The translations under genes were made by a program, and so were the position numbers. From Octopus vulgaris (taxonomy: Eukaryota), in NCBI GenBank assembly GCA_951406725.2, contig OX597820.1, forward strand, positions 28,582,001 through 28,646,000: a DNA stretch of 64,000 nucleotides. The letters run 5' to 3'. The notes beneath the pieces are model-generated. The model made no database searches and was not told the DNA's origin. It worked only from the letters and a program-made list of their open reading frames with translations. This document shows positions 1-12,637 of this stretch, in pieces. How positions within the stretch are numbered: position 1 is the first letter of the stretch; the number at the start of each line of letters is the position of its first letter.

Positions 1-564
1 AACTAACTCAAAGCCCAAAACGTACTGGCTTAAGTGACTGACAGAGTAAGTTAAGTCCCCAGCGTACATAGCCATATCGTGATTTCAGATTTTGATGTAG
101 ACGATCGTAATCTTCATCAGCAGCTCTTAATGCTAGGGTTAAACGCGAATACTTCTGTCAACCTTATAAGAAAAGCCGTGGAAAAATTGTGTTGATTTCC
201 AAAACGGTAAAAGTGTAAAAAACAATTTTAGCCTTTAGGTTCTAATTGCTAATAAACCACCCTTTTTCATCGTTGTTTACACTTTTACCATTTTGGACAG
301 CAGCACTCGTTTTTAACGGTTTTCTTATAAGACTGACAGAGATAATCGAGTTTAACCCAAGGCGTTAAGAGCTGCTGATGAGGACTAAGATGATCTACAT
401 CACAATTCGAATTTGTGATCCGGCTATGTACGCCGAGGATTTACCTCCCTTTGTCAATCACTTAAGTCAGTGTGTTTCTGGATTTGTTTTAGTTTAACTC
501 TTAACTTTAGCAAAAGCGGTCAGCACACCCGGTCACTTTTGTGACCTGCATTAATTTTGCCTCC
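1..564. mobile_element. Degenerate long palindrome (fold-back/MITE-like DNA element), left end probably outside window
   Basis: 1-~220 is an imperfect reverse complement of ~275-494 (e.g. cttcatcagcagctcttaa vs ttaagagctgctgatgagg; gcgtacatagcc vs ggctatgtacgc); right end abuts (TA)n. Confidence 0.6.
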
Positions 565-652
<88 letters not shown>

Positions 653-740
653 GAGGGTAAAATTTATTAATAAAATTAATCAATTAATTAACAATTTTAC
701 CAAGCAGATCGGTACGTTAAAATAACCTTTATAGGTAAAA

Positions 741-862
741 TGATCCACATAATTGTATTAGGGTTCACCTAACTGCTTCACCATATACCCAAATTAGAAA
801 AAGGAGTTAAAAATCCCTTCCTGCTATTATAATAATCTCCATGACGGTAAACATACTAATTA

Positions 863-901
<39 letters not shown>

Positions 902-1514
902 GTAAATAAATGGTACAACAAGGCACCGATATTTACTGGAAAGTAATACATTCGTATTGCATTATATATATATATATATATATATGCAATACGAATATAT
1001 TACTTTCCAGTAAATATCGGTGCCTTGTTGTACCATTTATTTACTTTCATATATATATATAATTATAAGTATGGAAGGAGTTTATAAGCCATTTAAGAAA
1101 CACACAAAAGCCGTTCGATTCACTTCAACATTTAAGTTTATTTTGTCAAAATATTTTCGTCGCTAAATTCCGCGACCTGTTCACTGACAAAGTCCGTGCT
1201 GCATCTCAGTGAACAGGTCGCGGAATTTGCGCGAAAATATTTTGACAAAATAAACTTAAATGTTGAAGTGAATCGAACGGCTTTTGTGTGTTTCTTAAAT
1301 GGCTTATAAACACCTTCCACGCTGCAATTGTTTTCGTTTCAGCACACGATCTCAGATCAAATTACTTGCTATGCGAGTACATCTCCGTAATATAATTAGT
1401 ATGTTTACCGTCATGGAGATTATTATAATAGCAGGAAGGGACTTTTAACTCCTTTTTCTAATTTGGGTATGTGGTGAAGCAGTTAGGTGAACCCTAATAC
1501 AATTATGTGGATCA
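741..1514. repeat. Nested inverted repeats: outer IR 741-864/1391-1514 enclosing hairpins 895-1050 and 1073-1320 (Penelope-like terminal fragments)
   Basis: Near-perfect reverse complements read directly (tgatccacataattgtattagggttcacc / ggtgaaccctaatacaattatgtggatca); arms separated by (TA)n. Confidence 0.85.
1142..1191 (-). ncRNA. Minimal type I hammerhead ribozyme motif with G3:C8 core
   Basis: Minus strand TTTGTCA-GTGAACA-G-GTCGC(GGAATTTA)GCGAC-GAA-AATATT-T-TGACAAA: 7-bp stem I, 5-bp stem II, palindromic stem III. A damaged inverted copy lies at 1206-1250 (+). Confidence 0.7.
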
Positions 1515-1521
1515 TATATAT

Positions 1522-1537
1522 GTAGATAGATAGATAT

Positions 1538-1628
<91 letters not shown>
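1522..1628. repeat. (GATA)n microsatellite
   Basis: Direct tandem repeat. Confidence 0.95.
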
Positions 1629-2225
1629 TTTATTATGGCTGCCCCCTCGTTATCGAGTATGGCCATTGCACGAAGCCTATGTACTTAAATAGATATGTAC
1701 ATATCTATAATGTATGTGTGCATACATATATATCTATATCTATCTATATATGTGTTTGGTTACGTGCGCGCGTGTGTGTGTGTGAGTGTGTGAGAGTGTG
1801 TGTGCATGTGTATGTGTAAGTATACATGTATGCATATATATATATATATGCATGTATGTATGTATTCCAGTGTATGCGTCCTTGTGTGTGTACGTATGCA
1901 TGGAAGTGTGAGTTCTCTGTGACCATAACATACAATAACATGATTATCTGTGTGTCTAAGCGAATATATATTTGTAGTAGTAGTAAAAATAGTTGAGTGA
2001 ATGAAATTATAAGGCATTGGATTAATAGCCTGTCAGTTGAAATTTGCTGCAAGCATTCCAAGGACAATCAATTACATGCACCTGTTTTCATTAGCCGTCC
2101 CGGTTGCGTAAGGAGCTTCTCAGGAAATGTCAGTCACACACATAAACCATTCATAGATAACTTTTCAACAAATTAAAAGGACATGGGCAAAAAATATTTA
2201 TTTCGGTTATTCTTTTCATCCTTTC

Positions 2226-2591
2226 AGCCACATGGTTCCGGGTTCACTCACATTGCGTAGCACCTTAAGCAAGTGCCTTCTACTATAGCCTCGGGCCGAC
2301 CAAAGCCTTGTGAGTTGATTTGGTAGATGGAAACTGAAAGCCCGTCGTATATATATATATATATATATATAGATATACATATCTGTGTGTGTTTGTGTCT
2401 GTGTTTGTCCCCCCAACATCGCTCGACAACCGATGTTGGTGTGTTTACGTCCCCGTAACATAGCGGTTCGGCATAAGAGACCGATAGAATAAGTACTAGG
2501 CTTACAAAAAATAAGTCCTGGGGTCGATTTGCTCGGCCAAAGGTGGTGCTCCATCATGGCCGCAGTCAAAATACTGAAACAAGTAAAAGAG
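2226..2591 (+). mobile_element. SINE family A (tRNA-derived, internal (TA)n(TG)n, CR1-like 3' tail), 5'-truncated
   Basis: Matches copies at 12234, 14476, 22965 (catggttccgggttca ... ggtgctccatcatggccgcagtcaaaatactgaaacaagtaaaaga). Confidence 0.9.
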
Positions 2592-3779
2592 GACAACTTT
2601 CTCGGGTACTTGTCAGTCTGGAACGGTATATCATTTACTTAGCGGTTGAAGAAAGTATTATTCGAGACATCTACTCTTGTTGCTCAACGCAGGGTAGGCT
2701 TTGATAACCACAGCCGTCTTGCCTAAGAAAGGTATATGTGTTGTTATATTTTGGAGACTTCAGCACCTTAATACAGAACAAAGACAATTTAACTAAGTTG
2801 ACGTTACTGATAGATATACATAGTATAAAACGGGTGACCTACTAAATATGAACAGAGTAGAGACCTACTAAATATGATTAGAGTCGTAGGACACTTGCAG
2901 CCGCTTGAAAGATATAATTGTATTATTTTCTATCTTCGATAGTATTTTAAGCTATGCACTAACTTGTTGAAGATAGGATGCTTGTATGTAGAATTTTAAA
3001 ATTCTGTTTAACTCACGAACAAATCCTATACAATATTCCTAGCAAGACCTCAAAATACATTTCGGAACCTTATAACTGTTGATTGCTTTGCGATCACTTG
3101 CGAGCTTCCATGAATGTGACACATACAACATACATAGAATCTAGTCAGGAATAATGTTCTTTAGAAAATAATACATACTCTAAAAATAACTTGGAAGTTG
3201 CTACACTATATGCAATCTCTAAGCAACACGAGCTTGTTTACTTGTCTTTTGTGCTTGTTCATTATTCAGACCTCAGCAACTTTGACATAATCACCACAAT
3301 GGAATAACAAATGAGATAATGTGTCAACCACTACACGAGAGAGAAACCCCCACATCTAATCTTTATATTTCTAGTACATAACCATACACTGGTCTATATA
3401 AAATGCTCTAGTCTGCTCAACGGACAAGCTGATGGTCAACATGCTGAATTCTGCACCGGCTTCTTCTCGAAATTTATTAGCTACAACATCCTCTACATAT
3501 GTGGCACTTTGAAAACCTGGAGTATGGATATCAAAAGTAAATGCCCTTAGTTCCAGATATATACAAGCTTTTACAAGGCACAGATAATTGGTGACATCAG
3601 AATTGAGAGAAATAGTGTTACTCGTTTACTCTGATGGAGAAAACGAACATTTTCTTTGATTAATCTAATGTTGACAAATGTTGATTCACTCAAGTAGAAT
3701 AACTGTAAATCTTCTTACCGGTGGACAGACTTCTCTTACTGCTTTTAAGCTGTCACTGAATCTTGAACACAACTATGCA

Positions 3780-3865
3780 GACTGTTTTATGTTCTGGCAC
3801 TGGTATAGCTTTCAGTGACAAAATTTGAAACAATTTCTTCCAAGATCTTCCAGTATTATATTGAG
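3780..3865 (-). mobile_element. Old fragment of CR1-group LINE
   Basis: ttctggcactggtatagctttcagtgacaaaatttg...aagatcttccag closely matches 6425-6490. Confidence 0.6.
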
Positions 3866-4126
3866 TCGGGAAATTACAATTATCTTTAAACATACTCTCA
3901 AATGATTAACGCTTCACAGAAACCTACAAACATAAAAAAAGTAGCTGTGTATTTGCTTTAGAACAAAAATATATTCAAATTCTATCGCATACAAAAAATA
4001 AAATATCACGACTTGCTATCAGTTAAGGCATTTAATTTTGCCTAGACAGAAATAGCTTCTACACATTCGACATCCGAGTAACTCCGTTACTTCTACTGGA
4101 TATATATATATATATTTATATATGTG

Positions 4127-4177
<51 letters not shown>

Positions 4178-4924
4178 GTATGCAGATATACATATATACG
4201 TATAAATCATATATATAGAACTATAAGGTGCAATTCTTAGCCACGTTCATTTAGAGCGGTTGCATTAAAAAATCTAGTAAGTCATGTCTTTCTGTTCCTT
4301 CGCTAACGATCTAATAATACCCTTTGCTCTCTTGGTTAGCAATTTAATTATTTTGCTATTAATTGCCCGGCGTTTTATTTGACCTTTACTCAGATTCAGG
4401 ATAATTTATTCATAGCATTTGTATTATATTCTGAGAGAAATGCCAAAGTCTTTCTGTAGATTGGAAAATTTTGTCCAGACAATATCCTATATTACAGAAA
4501 TGTAACAAAAATATATTTTGAAAAGTACACAAAGAAATCACACTGATCCATGGAATGGAATTTCTCTTATCGATTCTATTCTCATGCTAGGATCGATGAG
4601 AACAATTTTTCTTGGATTTTGTCGCTTAACAAAAGTAAACAAAAAAAGGCTATATTTGGATGGAGGGCAGAATGAATTATATTAATGAGAATAGAAATAT
4701 AAAACAGCGTCAGTTTCGTTTAATTTTTCATTTTTGTTACACTGAAGAAATTAATCACTACTAATCATATTTATGTATAAAATAGCCATGTATGAATCAT
4801 ACTTAATGTAGATATGTCGCTGATAAGCAAGGTTCTGCAGATTCTTTCGGAAGAAAATCCATTCTGGAAGTGATGCGTCTAAAATATTGCAGGACTGTCA
4901 CTTAGTAAACAGCAAGGATATTTG

Positions 4925-5025
4925 AGCAAGTATCTTCTAAGATAGCATCGGGCGTACCAAAGCCTTCTGTGGGGATTTAGTAGACGGAAGATGAAAGAGG
5001 CTCATCATGTTTGTGTGCGTGAGTG

Positions 5026-5071
<46 letters not shown>

Positions 5072-5220
5072 GTGTGTGTGTGTATGTGTGTGTGTGTGTG
5101 TGTCATGCAGTGTCTTTGCCCTTGTGTTTGTCATCCATCACTGCTTGACAACCAGTGTTGATGAGTTTACCTCACTGTAACTTTGCGGTTCGGCAAAAGA
5201 TCTCAATAAGATACTTATTT
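4925..5220 (+). mobile_element. Degraded SINE family A
   Basis: gagcaagtatcttct...accaaagcctt...gtagacggaa...(TG)n...gcttgacaacc...gcggttcggcaaaaga. Confidence 0.75.
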
Positions 5221-5997
5221 TACTACTCCTCGTGAATGAAAAAAATATATTTGCAGTGTAATTTCAAAGAACTAGTTTCAACCAAAAATGACAACCATAT
5301 CACGGAAATCCACGTTCTCAGATAGTGTTTGCTCAAACCAACTCACGAAGGTATGGGGTAAAAACATTAAAAAATCACAAATGCAAAGGTTATTTGAGAA
5401 CGTATGTTTCTAGATTAGTCAAATCGACATTTCTTTCGTCAGCTCAGAACTCCTTATTTCTCGAATTTGGGAACAATGAACGAGTGTGTGAGCATACCGT
5501 TTTGGCTTCTTATCACCTTAAGAGACACGAAAAAAGCGAGCGTCTGATAATAACATTAGTAAAATAAGCCATGATTATACCAAGACTTTCGATGTCAATA
5601 AAATGTCGAGACATATATTAGCAGAGAATATGATGCTGTATTTTCTCCTATATTCCAATAATACTGCGTAGAATCCATTCAGAAGTTATTATTTTTTACG
5701 GACACGAAGTAATGATGAGAAGTTTGGATACTGAGAAATCTATATATCATAATGTCGTTTCATGTATTTCCAAGACACGTATATCTCATAGAATATTGCT
5801 ATCAAAGAATTCAATCAAATATAGTGTGACGTGAGATATATTTCCTATTATTTGTGTTTTCTCATTTTGTTACAATGCATTATATTCTGCTATAATATAA
5901 AATAACTTCCCTTATAAATGCGTGATATTAATCCTTACATATCTTTTCCTTGTAAATACAGTTAAAATGTAACGAAGAGTTAATAATATATTTTAAC

Positions 5998-6069
<72 letters not shown>

Positions 6070-6071
<2 letters not shown>

Positions 6072-6575
6072 TTTTTTTCTCTCTAGTTTCAGCTCAGAGC
6101 TGATGCCATGCTGATGCACCGCCGTTTTGCCACACTGTTATTACTAAGAGCCTCCTCTAATATGTGGCACTTGGTGAAGAATGGAGTTTGATATAGCTAC
6201 CCTCATTTGCACCTCTTGCCGTGAGGTAGGTTCATCTGAGACTCTCGACAGGAAGAGGTCCAGCTTTGATTAACATAACCCTACATCTGCTTTGTGCAAT
6301 TTCCTCAGATTCTTTGGAAGAATATTAAAAAGCTGTGGGCCCTTGAAACCCAAGCTGTTGCAGTAACTGGTCCTGAAGCGTAACGGCCTTGCTGGGATCT
6401 TTGTCACTATGCAGTGTCGTCCCGTTCTGGCACTGGTGTAGTTTCAGTGACAAAATTTGGCACAATTTCTTCTAAGATCTTCCAGATATATATTACTGCA
6501 TACCTATCCCATCTTATCTCCAGGGAGTAGAGTCTTGACTGTTTCAGCCTTTCCCAGTAGCCGAGCTGTTGCAAA
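6070..6575 (-). mobile_element. CR1-group LINE 3' fragment (decayed)
   Basis: Reverse complement of the 38575-39062 LINE region (YWERLK..., GPQLFNILPK..., tail ggtgcatcagcatggcatcagctctgagctgaaactag). Confidence 0.85.
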
Positions 6576-6659
6576 GAGACGATCTTCTTTGTGAATATTC
6601 TCTAGATACATACATATATATATGAATAATCCGTAACAAGATAATTCATCCTTCCATTT

Positions 6660-6709
<50 letters not shown>

Positions 6710-7049
6710 GTGTGTGTGTATATATATGTATATATATATATGTATATATATATATGTATGTATGTATGTATGTATATAGGTATGTATATATGTGTATATA
6801 TAGCTACGGTATATACTGTTAAGAGCGCAGTAGAGTACACTATAAAGCTCGTCCACCTTCAGATTTACCCTGTGATATCCGATAGTAGTAGGGAAATAGG
6901 TTGCCTAATGAAGTACCTGAATGCCTGAAGAACTATGTTGCGTGGTAACAATTGTAGTTATTAAAAAATAAATGCCCTACCTTACTCTTTCTTGTTGACT
7001 CCAATTTCTATTTAAAATATATGTGTAAAGCAATGTAGCTACACGTACT

Positions 7050-7190
7050 GTTGGCAAATTTCTTTTCCTTCTTTGAAAATTTCTCTTTTTTCTTTCACGT
7101 CACCGATGAAGAGCTATGCTCTTTTAATAGTTTAAGAAACGTCAAACACTCTCGTTTCATCCGTGCGTCACGCTAATAAATTATAACACT
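7050..7190 (+). mobile_element. Decayed Penelope-like terminal fragment with hammerhead-like motif
   Basis: ccgatgaagagctatgctc...gaaacgtcaaac; similar to 20887-21097; counterpart at 17313-17430. Confidence 0.55.
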
Positions 7191-7254
7191 ATATATATAC
7201 ACATATAGATACATACATACATATACATACATGTATGTATGTATATATATATAA

Positions 7255-7296
<42 letters not shown>

Positions 7297-7299
7297 ATA

Positions 7300-7460
7300 T
7301 GACGGGGTTCTTTGCGTCTACCAGATCCAATCACAAGGCCCTGTCCTGGTGGCTCGACAATATAGTAGAAAACACTAGTATAAGATGCCACGCAGTGGGA
7401 CTGCATCTGGAACCATGTGATTCGGAAGCAAGCTTCTTCCCACACATCCAGCCCTGCACC
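7300..7460 (-). mobile_element. SINE family A 5' half
   Basis: ctaccagatccaatcacaaggcc...gccacgcagtgggactg...ggaaccatgtg...ccacacatcca is the reverse complement of the family A head. Confidence 0.8.
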
Positions 7461-7521
7461 TACAAGGCCACGCCTGCGCCTATATGCCCACGACTGCGCC
7501 TATACAGTCTGCGCCTAAGTA

Positions 7522-7576
<55 letters not shown>

Positions 7577-8304
7577 TCTTTTTGTAGCCGACTTAGATTG
7601 GCCAAATTTTGTCTTATTAATATATAATATTCAGTTTAGATTTGTTACAGACCGTTGTGAAACGCGTCAAATCGTCGAAGCCATATTCCCCAACTGCGGA
7701 CCACAGAGAATGATAAATATAAATATATTCTACTCTCTTAATTTTCAGTTTTTATCATCTATCTACTCATAATTGCCTATATGCGTACATACACATGTAT
7801 ACACATACACACACACACATACATATATACAAACTACACCACACTCACACGCAAATGCATACATTGAAATATATAAACCATTTATACAAACCATTATTCT
7901 GTCATTTACATCATTTCTCGATTAGAAATACGACTGGCCCACACTTCAGAATTAAGACTGCTGTCTTCTACAGTACACGACGGAAATGAAAGTCAACGCC
8001 ATCTTAACTGATCATTTTTATGCTGTTTTGTTTTTGTTTTTTTAATGAAAATCTGTCAAAATGCGATAAGTATAGATTTCGAAAATGTCTCATAATCTGA
8101 GAATAAAATTACAGAGACATTGGTGTGCAGATAAATACACAACAACACCAAATAGCAAATATATGGAAAGTATAATGAGATTTTCTGTGCTAATCCCAGG
8201 TTTTCCAGCTTTCTATTGGTTTCTTTCCATTTTTTTTATTGCTTTAACGATGTTTAAATGGATGTCAGCTGCTTCTATTGACATTATATTTAAGCATTTA
8301 CACC

Positions 8305-9140
8305 CTTACTTGTTTCAGTCATTGGATTGCGACCATGCTGCCACACTTTCTTGTAGTGTTAGTTGAACAACTTGACCCCAGTGATTATTGTTTAGTTTAG
8401 TATTTATTCCATTTGACTCATTTGCGGAACAGCAGTTACTGAATCGTACAAAGACAACATCATTTTCTCGAGCTTGACGCGAGTAAACACTAACTTAAAG
8501 ACACACACATAGATATACATATACATATGCATAAACATATACATATACATAGACATACACATACATATGACAATGACATCCCTTAAACCTTGAGGAGTTT
8601 TGGGGGCACTGCAGCCGTGCAGTGTATCTAGGCCGAGAAAGCCTGGTGGAGCCCATCTCATTTCTACAACTGAGTGGACTGAAGGAAGGTGAAAGGAAAT
8701 GTTTTTCTCAAAAACACAACGGTACAGGGGGTTCGAAACTGCAATGTTATGGTCGTGAACCCTGCACCATAACAACTAAGCGATGAGTCTCCACTAGTGG
8801 TACTTTTTCTACAGATAAGTGGACTGGAACAACGTGAAATGAAGTGTTTTGCGCCTGAATTCAACGCATCGCCTGGTTCAGGAATCGAAATCACAATCTT
8901 ACATTTGTGAGTCTAACACCCTAACCATTAAACCACGCGTCTCCACTACATACATATATATGCACATATATTTGCTGGGCATCCGCACAGTTAGAAATTT
9001 GCCAAATTCACTGCCTATGAATTGGTTGGTCTCCGAATGTAGTAGAATGCAATTTACCCAAGATGCTGCGCAGTGGGACTGAACCCGAAATGGCATAGCT
9101 GCGAAGGAAACTTCTTAAAAACACAACCATACCAACGCCT
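8305..9140 (-). mobile_element. Decayed SINE A interrupted by two tRNA-derived CORE-like SINE fragments (~8575-8795, ~8797-8945)
   Basis: A tail at 8305-8345, A head at ~9000-9135; internal gtggactggaacaacgtgaaatgaagtg...ggaatcgaaatcac...aaccacgcgtctccac. Confidence 0.65.
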
Positions 9141-9601
9141 CACGGCATGGCCACAATTCAATGACCGAAGGAATAAAGAAGAAATCAAAAGAATAACCAC
9201 ACCACCACCATATAAACAATAAAACGAACCCTAATCCTTCCACATCCACTAGTTTAGGACCTGACGTTAAATAAACGGGTTTTCGTCTCTTTTATTGAAC
9301 CAAACCATGTAACAAGTTATTCGAAAGTTTCGTCTTGTGGTTAATTATTTTTATATGGAATTTTTGCTGTTCGTCATCTTTATTGGTGTCATCCTGGTTA
9401 CAGAACATTAATAAACATAAGTACCTTGGCTAAATCCACATCTCAAGGCTTTTATGTGTTTACATACAAACATTCAGTGATCTACAAATTTTCTCGGCTC
9501 ATCTAATAGAAGTATGAACTTGTGTTGCAGAGAGTGTTTCCGATAGCAAAGATCTCCATAACTTACTCCAAAATTCACTCTCTTTCATTCTATCTCACTA
9601 T

Positions 9602-9681
<80 letters not shown>

Positions 9682-10423
9682 ATCTATCTCTGTTTCTTTC
9701 TACTGAATTGGCAGCAGAGCTGTGAAATCAATAAAACACATTTCAACATTTAGGCGTGAAACTAATAAAATATTGACGAATATATTTGATTATTTAGAGT
9801 GGCAAAAATTGAATCTTCCAACATGAACAACCAGATATTCACGCACAGTCAAATGCACTAATCTAATCCACTTTTGACATTGATTTTCTACGTATATTTG
9901 CTTACTTATTTATTTATTATTTATTTATATGTTTATTGCTATGAAAAATAATTGCCGATATTCGAGGATCAAGAAAAGGAGCTTTGCCCAGTGGTTAGCG
10001 GGACGGGTTCATTTCTCAGTGCAAGCGGTGAGTTATGTCATCGAACATGGAACTTAATTCCACGTAGATTTTGTCTACTGCTGTGTAAACAAGTAGGGGA
10101 TATAAGCTGGAGCAGCTTAGTTTCATTTTAACTGTGAAGTCATCCTGCAGTTTTTGGTAAATACATGTTAAACGTGTCCATCATTATTCGCCGACAGGTG
10201 GACGTTCTGCTTGGATATTTCGTGCTCACATTGAATTAATTTTACAGGAACTCATTAAATTAAAATGAGTTCAATACGTAGGCACCCATTTGTCTTTCGT
10301 CTATTTGTCTATTTATCTACAGACACACACAAGCACACATTCATACATATTTACACACACATATACATACATACATACATACATACATACATACATACAT
10401 ACATACATACATACATACATACA

Positions 10424-10499
<76 letters not shown>

Positions 10500-10504
<5 letters not shown>

Positions 10505-10628
10505 TATGACGCTCGGGAAGTGAAAAAGTCTTTAACGTTTCGAGCCTACGCTCTTCCACGGAAAGGAACACAGAAAGAAACAAGGAGAGAAAATAAAAAG
10601 AATGTGTTGTGGCTATCGTCAGTGCATC
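10500..10628 (-). mobile_element. Penelope-like terminal fragment with hammerhead motif (10530-10565)
   Basis: Reverse complement of 10745-10870; minus strand CTTT-CCGTGGA-A-GAGC(GTAG)GCTC-GAA-ACGT-T-AAAG; absent from duplicate copy 2. Confidence 0.7.
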
Positions 10629-10744
10629 ATATATCCGCAAAAGAAGTACGCTCTAAATGTTAGAGCAATAATGTGTTTAGAGGAAGTTAAATATATGACC
10701 GGCTTTATTTAACTTTTTCTGATTCTTTTTCGGGTATATGATCC

Positions 10745-10925
10745 ACTGACGATAGCCACTACACATTCTTCATTTTCTCTCCTTGTTTCTTTCTGTGTTC
10801 CTTTCTGTGGAAGAGCGTAAGTTCGAAACGTTAAAGACTTTTTCACTTCCCGAGCATTATACTAATACATCTGCTTGTTGTCTACACCACCTGTCTTCGT
10901 CTTTTGATTTTTTGTGAATTCTCCC
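10745..10925 (+). mobile_element. Penelope-like terminal fragment with hammerhead motif (10801-10836)
   Basis: CTTT-CTGTGGA-A-GAGC(GTAA)GTTC-GAA-ACGT-T-AAAG; ends at (TA)n; homologs at 21290, 31202, 32223. Confidence 0.75.
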
Positions 10926-10969
<44 letters not shown>

Positions 10970-11424
10970 CTCCCTTTTTGTCTCCCTCCCAATTTTCTCT
11001 CAATCTATTATTAGCGTCAACAAATCATCTGTTATCTTTCTCCTCACAGCAACCCAATTTATTTCAATTTTTATCCGTATGGGCTCACTGCTTTCTTATG
11101 GAAAACTTCCCCCTAACCCAATGCCTTTGTTCGCAATATAAAATATTATTTCGTCTTCACAAATTTCTAAATATATATATATATTCATTAAATATCATTT
11201 CTTTGCAGAAATAAGCTGCCTCGCTAATGTTATACCGAGTTTGAGATTTATTGCTGTTGCACTTCCCAAAATTTCGAAAGATTAATTAAGTTGTAGACAA
11301 ATTACAATATTATTTGTGTTCTTTCTCAAAGAAGTTACAAGATGGTATCAGTGCGAGAATTTATAAATCATCCTGTCACCTTTTAGCCTCTATATCTCAC
11401 TTGCTCCTCTTTCTCTCTCTCTCT

Positions 11425-11499
<75 letters not shown>

Positions 11500-11734
11500 T
11501 GTATATGTGTGTGTGTGTGTCTGAGTACATGCGTGTCTGTTTGTGTGTATGTTTGTGAGTATCTGTAGGCGTATGTTTGATGATGTTATATAAAGATGTG
11601 TGTATATGTATGTGTATGTGTTTTTCTCTCTCTCTCTTTCTCTCTCTCTCTCCCTCTCTCGCTCTCTCTCTTTCTCTGTGGTCAACATAGACATTTGCAT
11701 CGGCAAAACGTTTATACAGTGAAAGCGATACTAT

Positions 11735-12232
11735 GAGTATAGTGAACTTGAGATGAGGAGTGTAAAATCCAACGTTTCGCTCAGATTTCTTCTGCAGAGA
11801 AAAGCTAGAAGACGAGAAATTAATAAGAATGAGTAAAGTTTTACATTCTTTAAGTCAAACAGACGAGTTATAGCTGATAAGAAACGCAGAATCGCGTGAG
11901 TTTCAGACGGGGAAAAGAATTGATAGGTTTCAGTAGGAAGAAGGGAAAAGGAATTCGAAAATGCAGGCAAAATCGAGAGTGATGTGAAGGGAAAAGATGA
12001 AGTGAGAGCGGCGTTGAAGGATAAAAAAGGGTTTAATGAATTAATAGGAGGTGTTAGGTAGAAGAAAAAAGTTTATATAAACTTGTACGTTTTATGGTGC
12101 CTAGTTCGAGTATGAGACGTTGTTCGCTCCGTTTCCCTGAGAATGTGGATCGATATCGTGGGCCGAGGCTGCTCAATGATAAGACATTGACTTGGCGAGA
12201 GGCGAAAGAGCGAGATTGAAAAATTAATAAAA
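11735..12232 (-). pseudogene. Decayed Penelope-like element 3' end (GIY-YIG endonuclease C-terminus plus 3' region)
   Basis: ORF 12054-12272 contains RSEQRLILELGTIK, resembling the EQxLIFxLGTLxPxGLN C-terminal motif of Neptune-type PLE GIY-YIG domains; second copy ~22470-22960. Confidence 0.6.
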
Positions 12233-12233
12233 A

Positions 12234-12637
12234 GGAAGTGGCTGTGTGGTAAGTAGCTTGCTTACCAACCACATGTTACGGGGTTCAGTCCCACTGCGTG
12301 GCACCTTGGCTAAATGTCTTCTACTCTAGCCTCGGGCCGACCAAAGCCTTGTCAGTGGATTTGGTAGACGGAAACTGAAAGAAGCCTGTCGTATATATGT
12401 ATATATATGTATATATGCATGTGCGTGTGTGTGTCTGTGTTTGTCCCCCCCCCAACATCGCTTGACAACCGATGCTGGTGTATTTACGTCCCCGTAACTT
12501 AGCGGTTCGGTAAGAGACAGAGCGAATAAGTACTAGGCTTACAAAGAATAAGTCCTGGGGTAGATTTGCTCGACTAAAGGTGGTGCTCCAGCATGGCCAC
12601 AGTCAAATGCCTGAAACAAGTAAAAGAGTAAAGAGTA
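12234..12637 (+). mobile_element. SINE family A, full length
   Basis: tRNA-like head gtggctgtgtggtaag...gggttcagtccc; internal microsatellite; tail ccagcatggccacagtcaaatgcctgaaacaagtaaaagagtaaagag. Confidence 0.92.

Noticed and set aside
7239-7772. 177-aa ORF (and its 183-aa twin at 17805)
   Set aside because: Made of microsatellites plus an antisense SINE; its conservation only reflects the duplication.
10013-10033. Possible 8-nt micro-exon tttctcag|tgcaagcg|gtgagt
   Set aside because: Splice-like motifs only, with a weak pyrimidine tract and no partner exons; needs RNA-seq.
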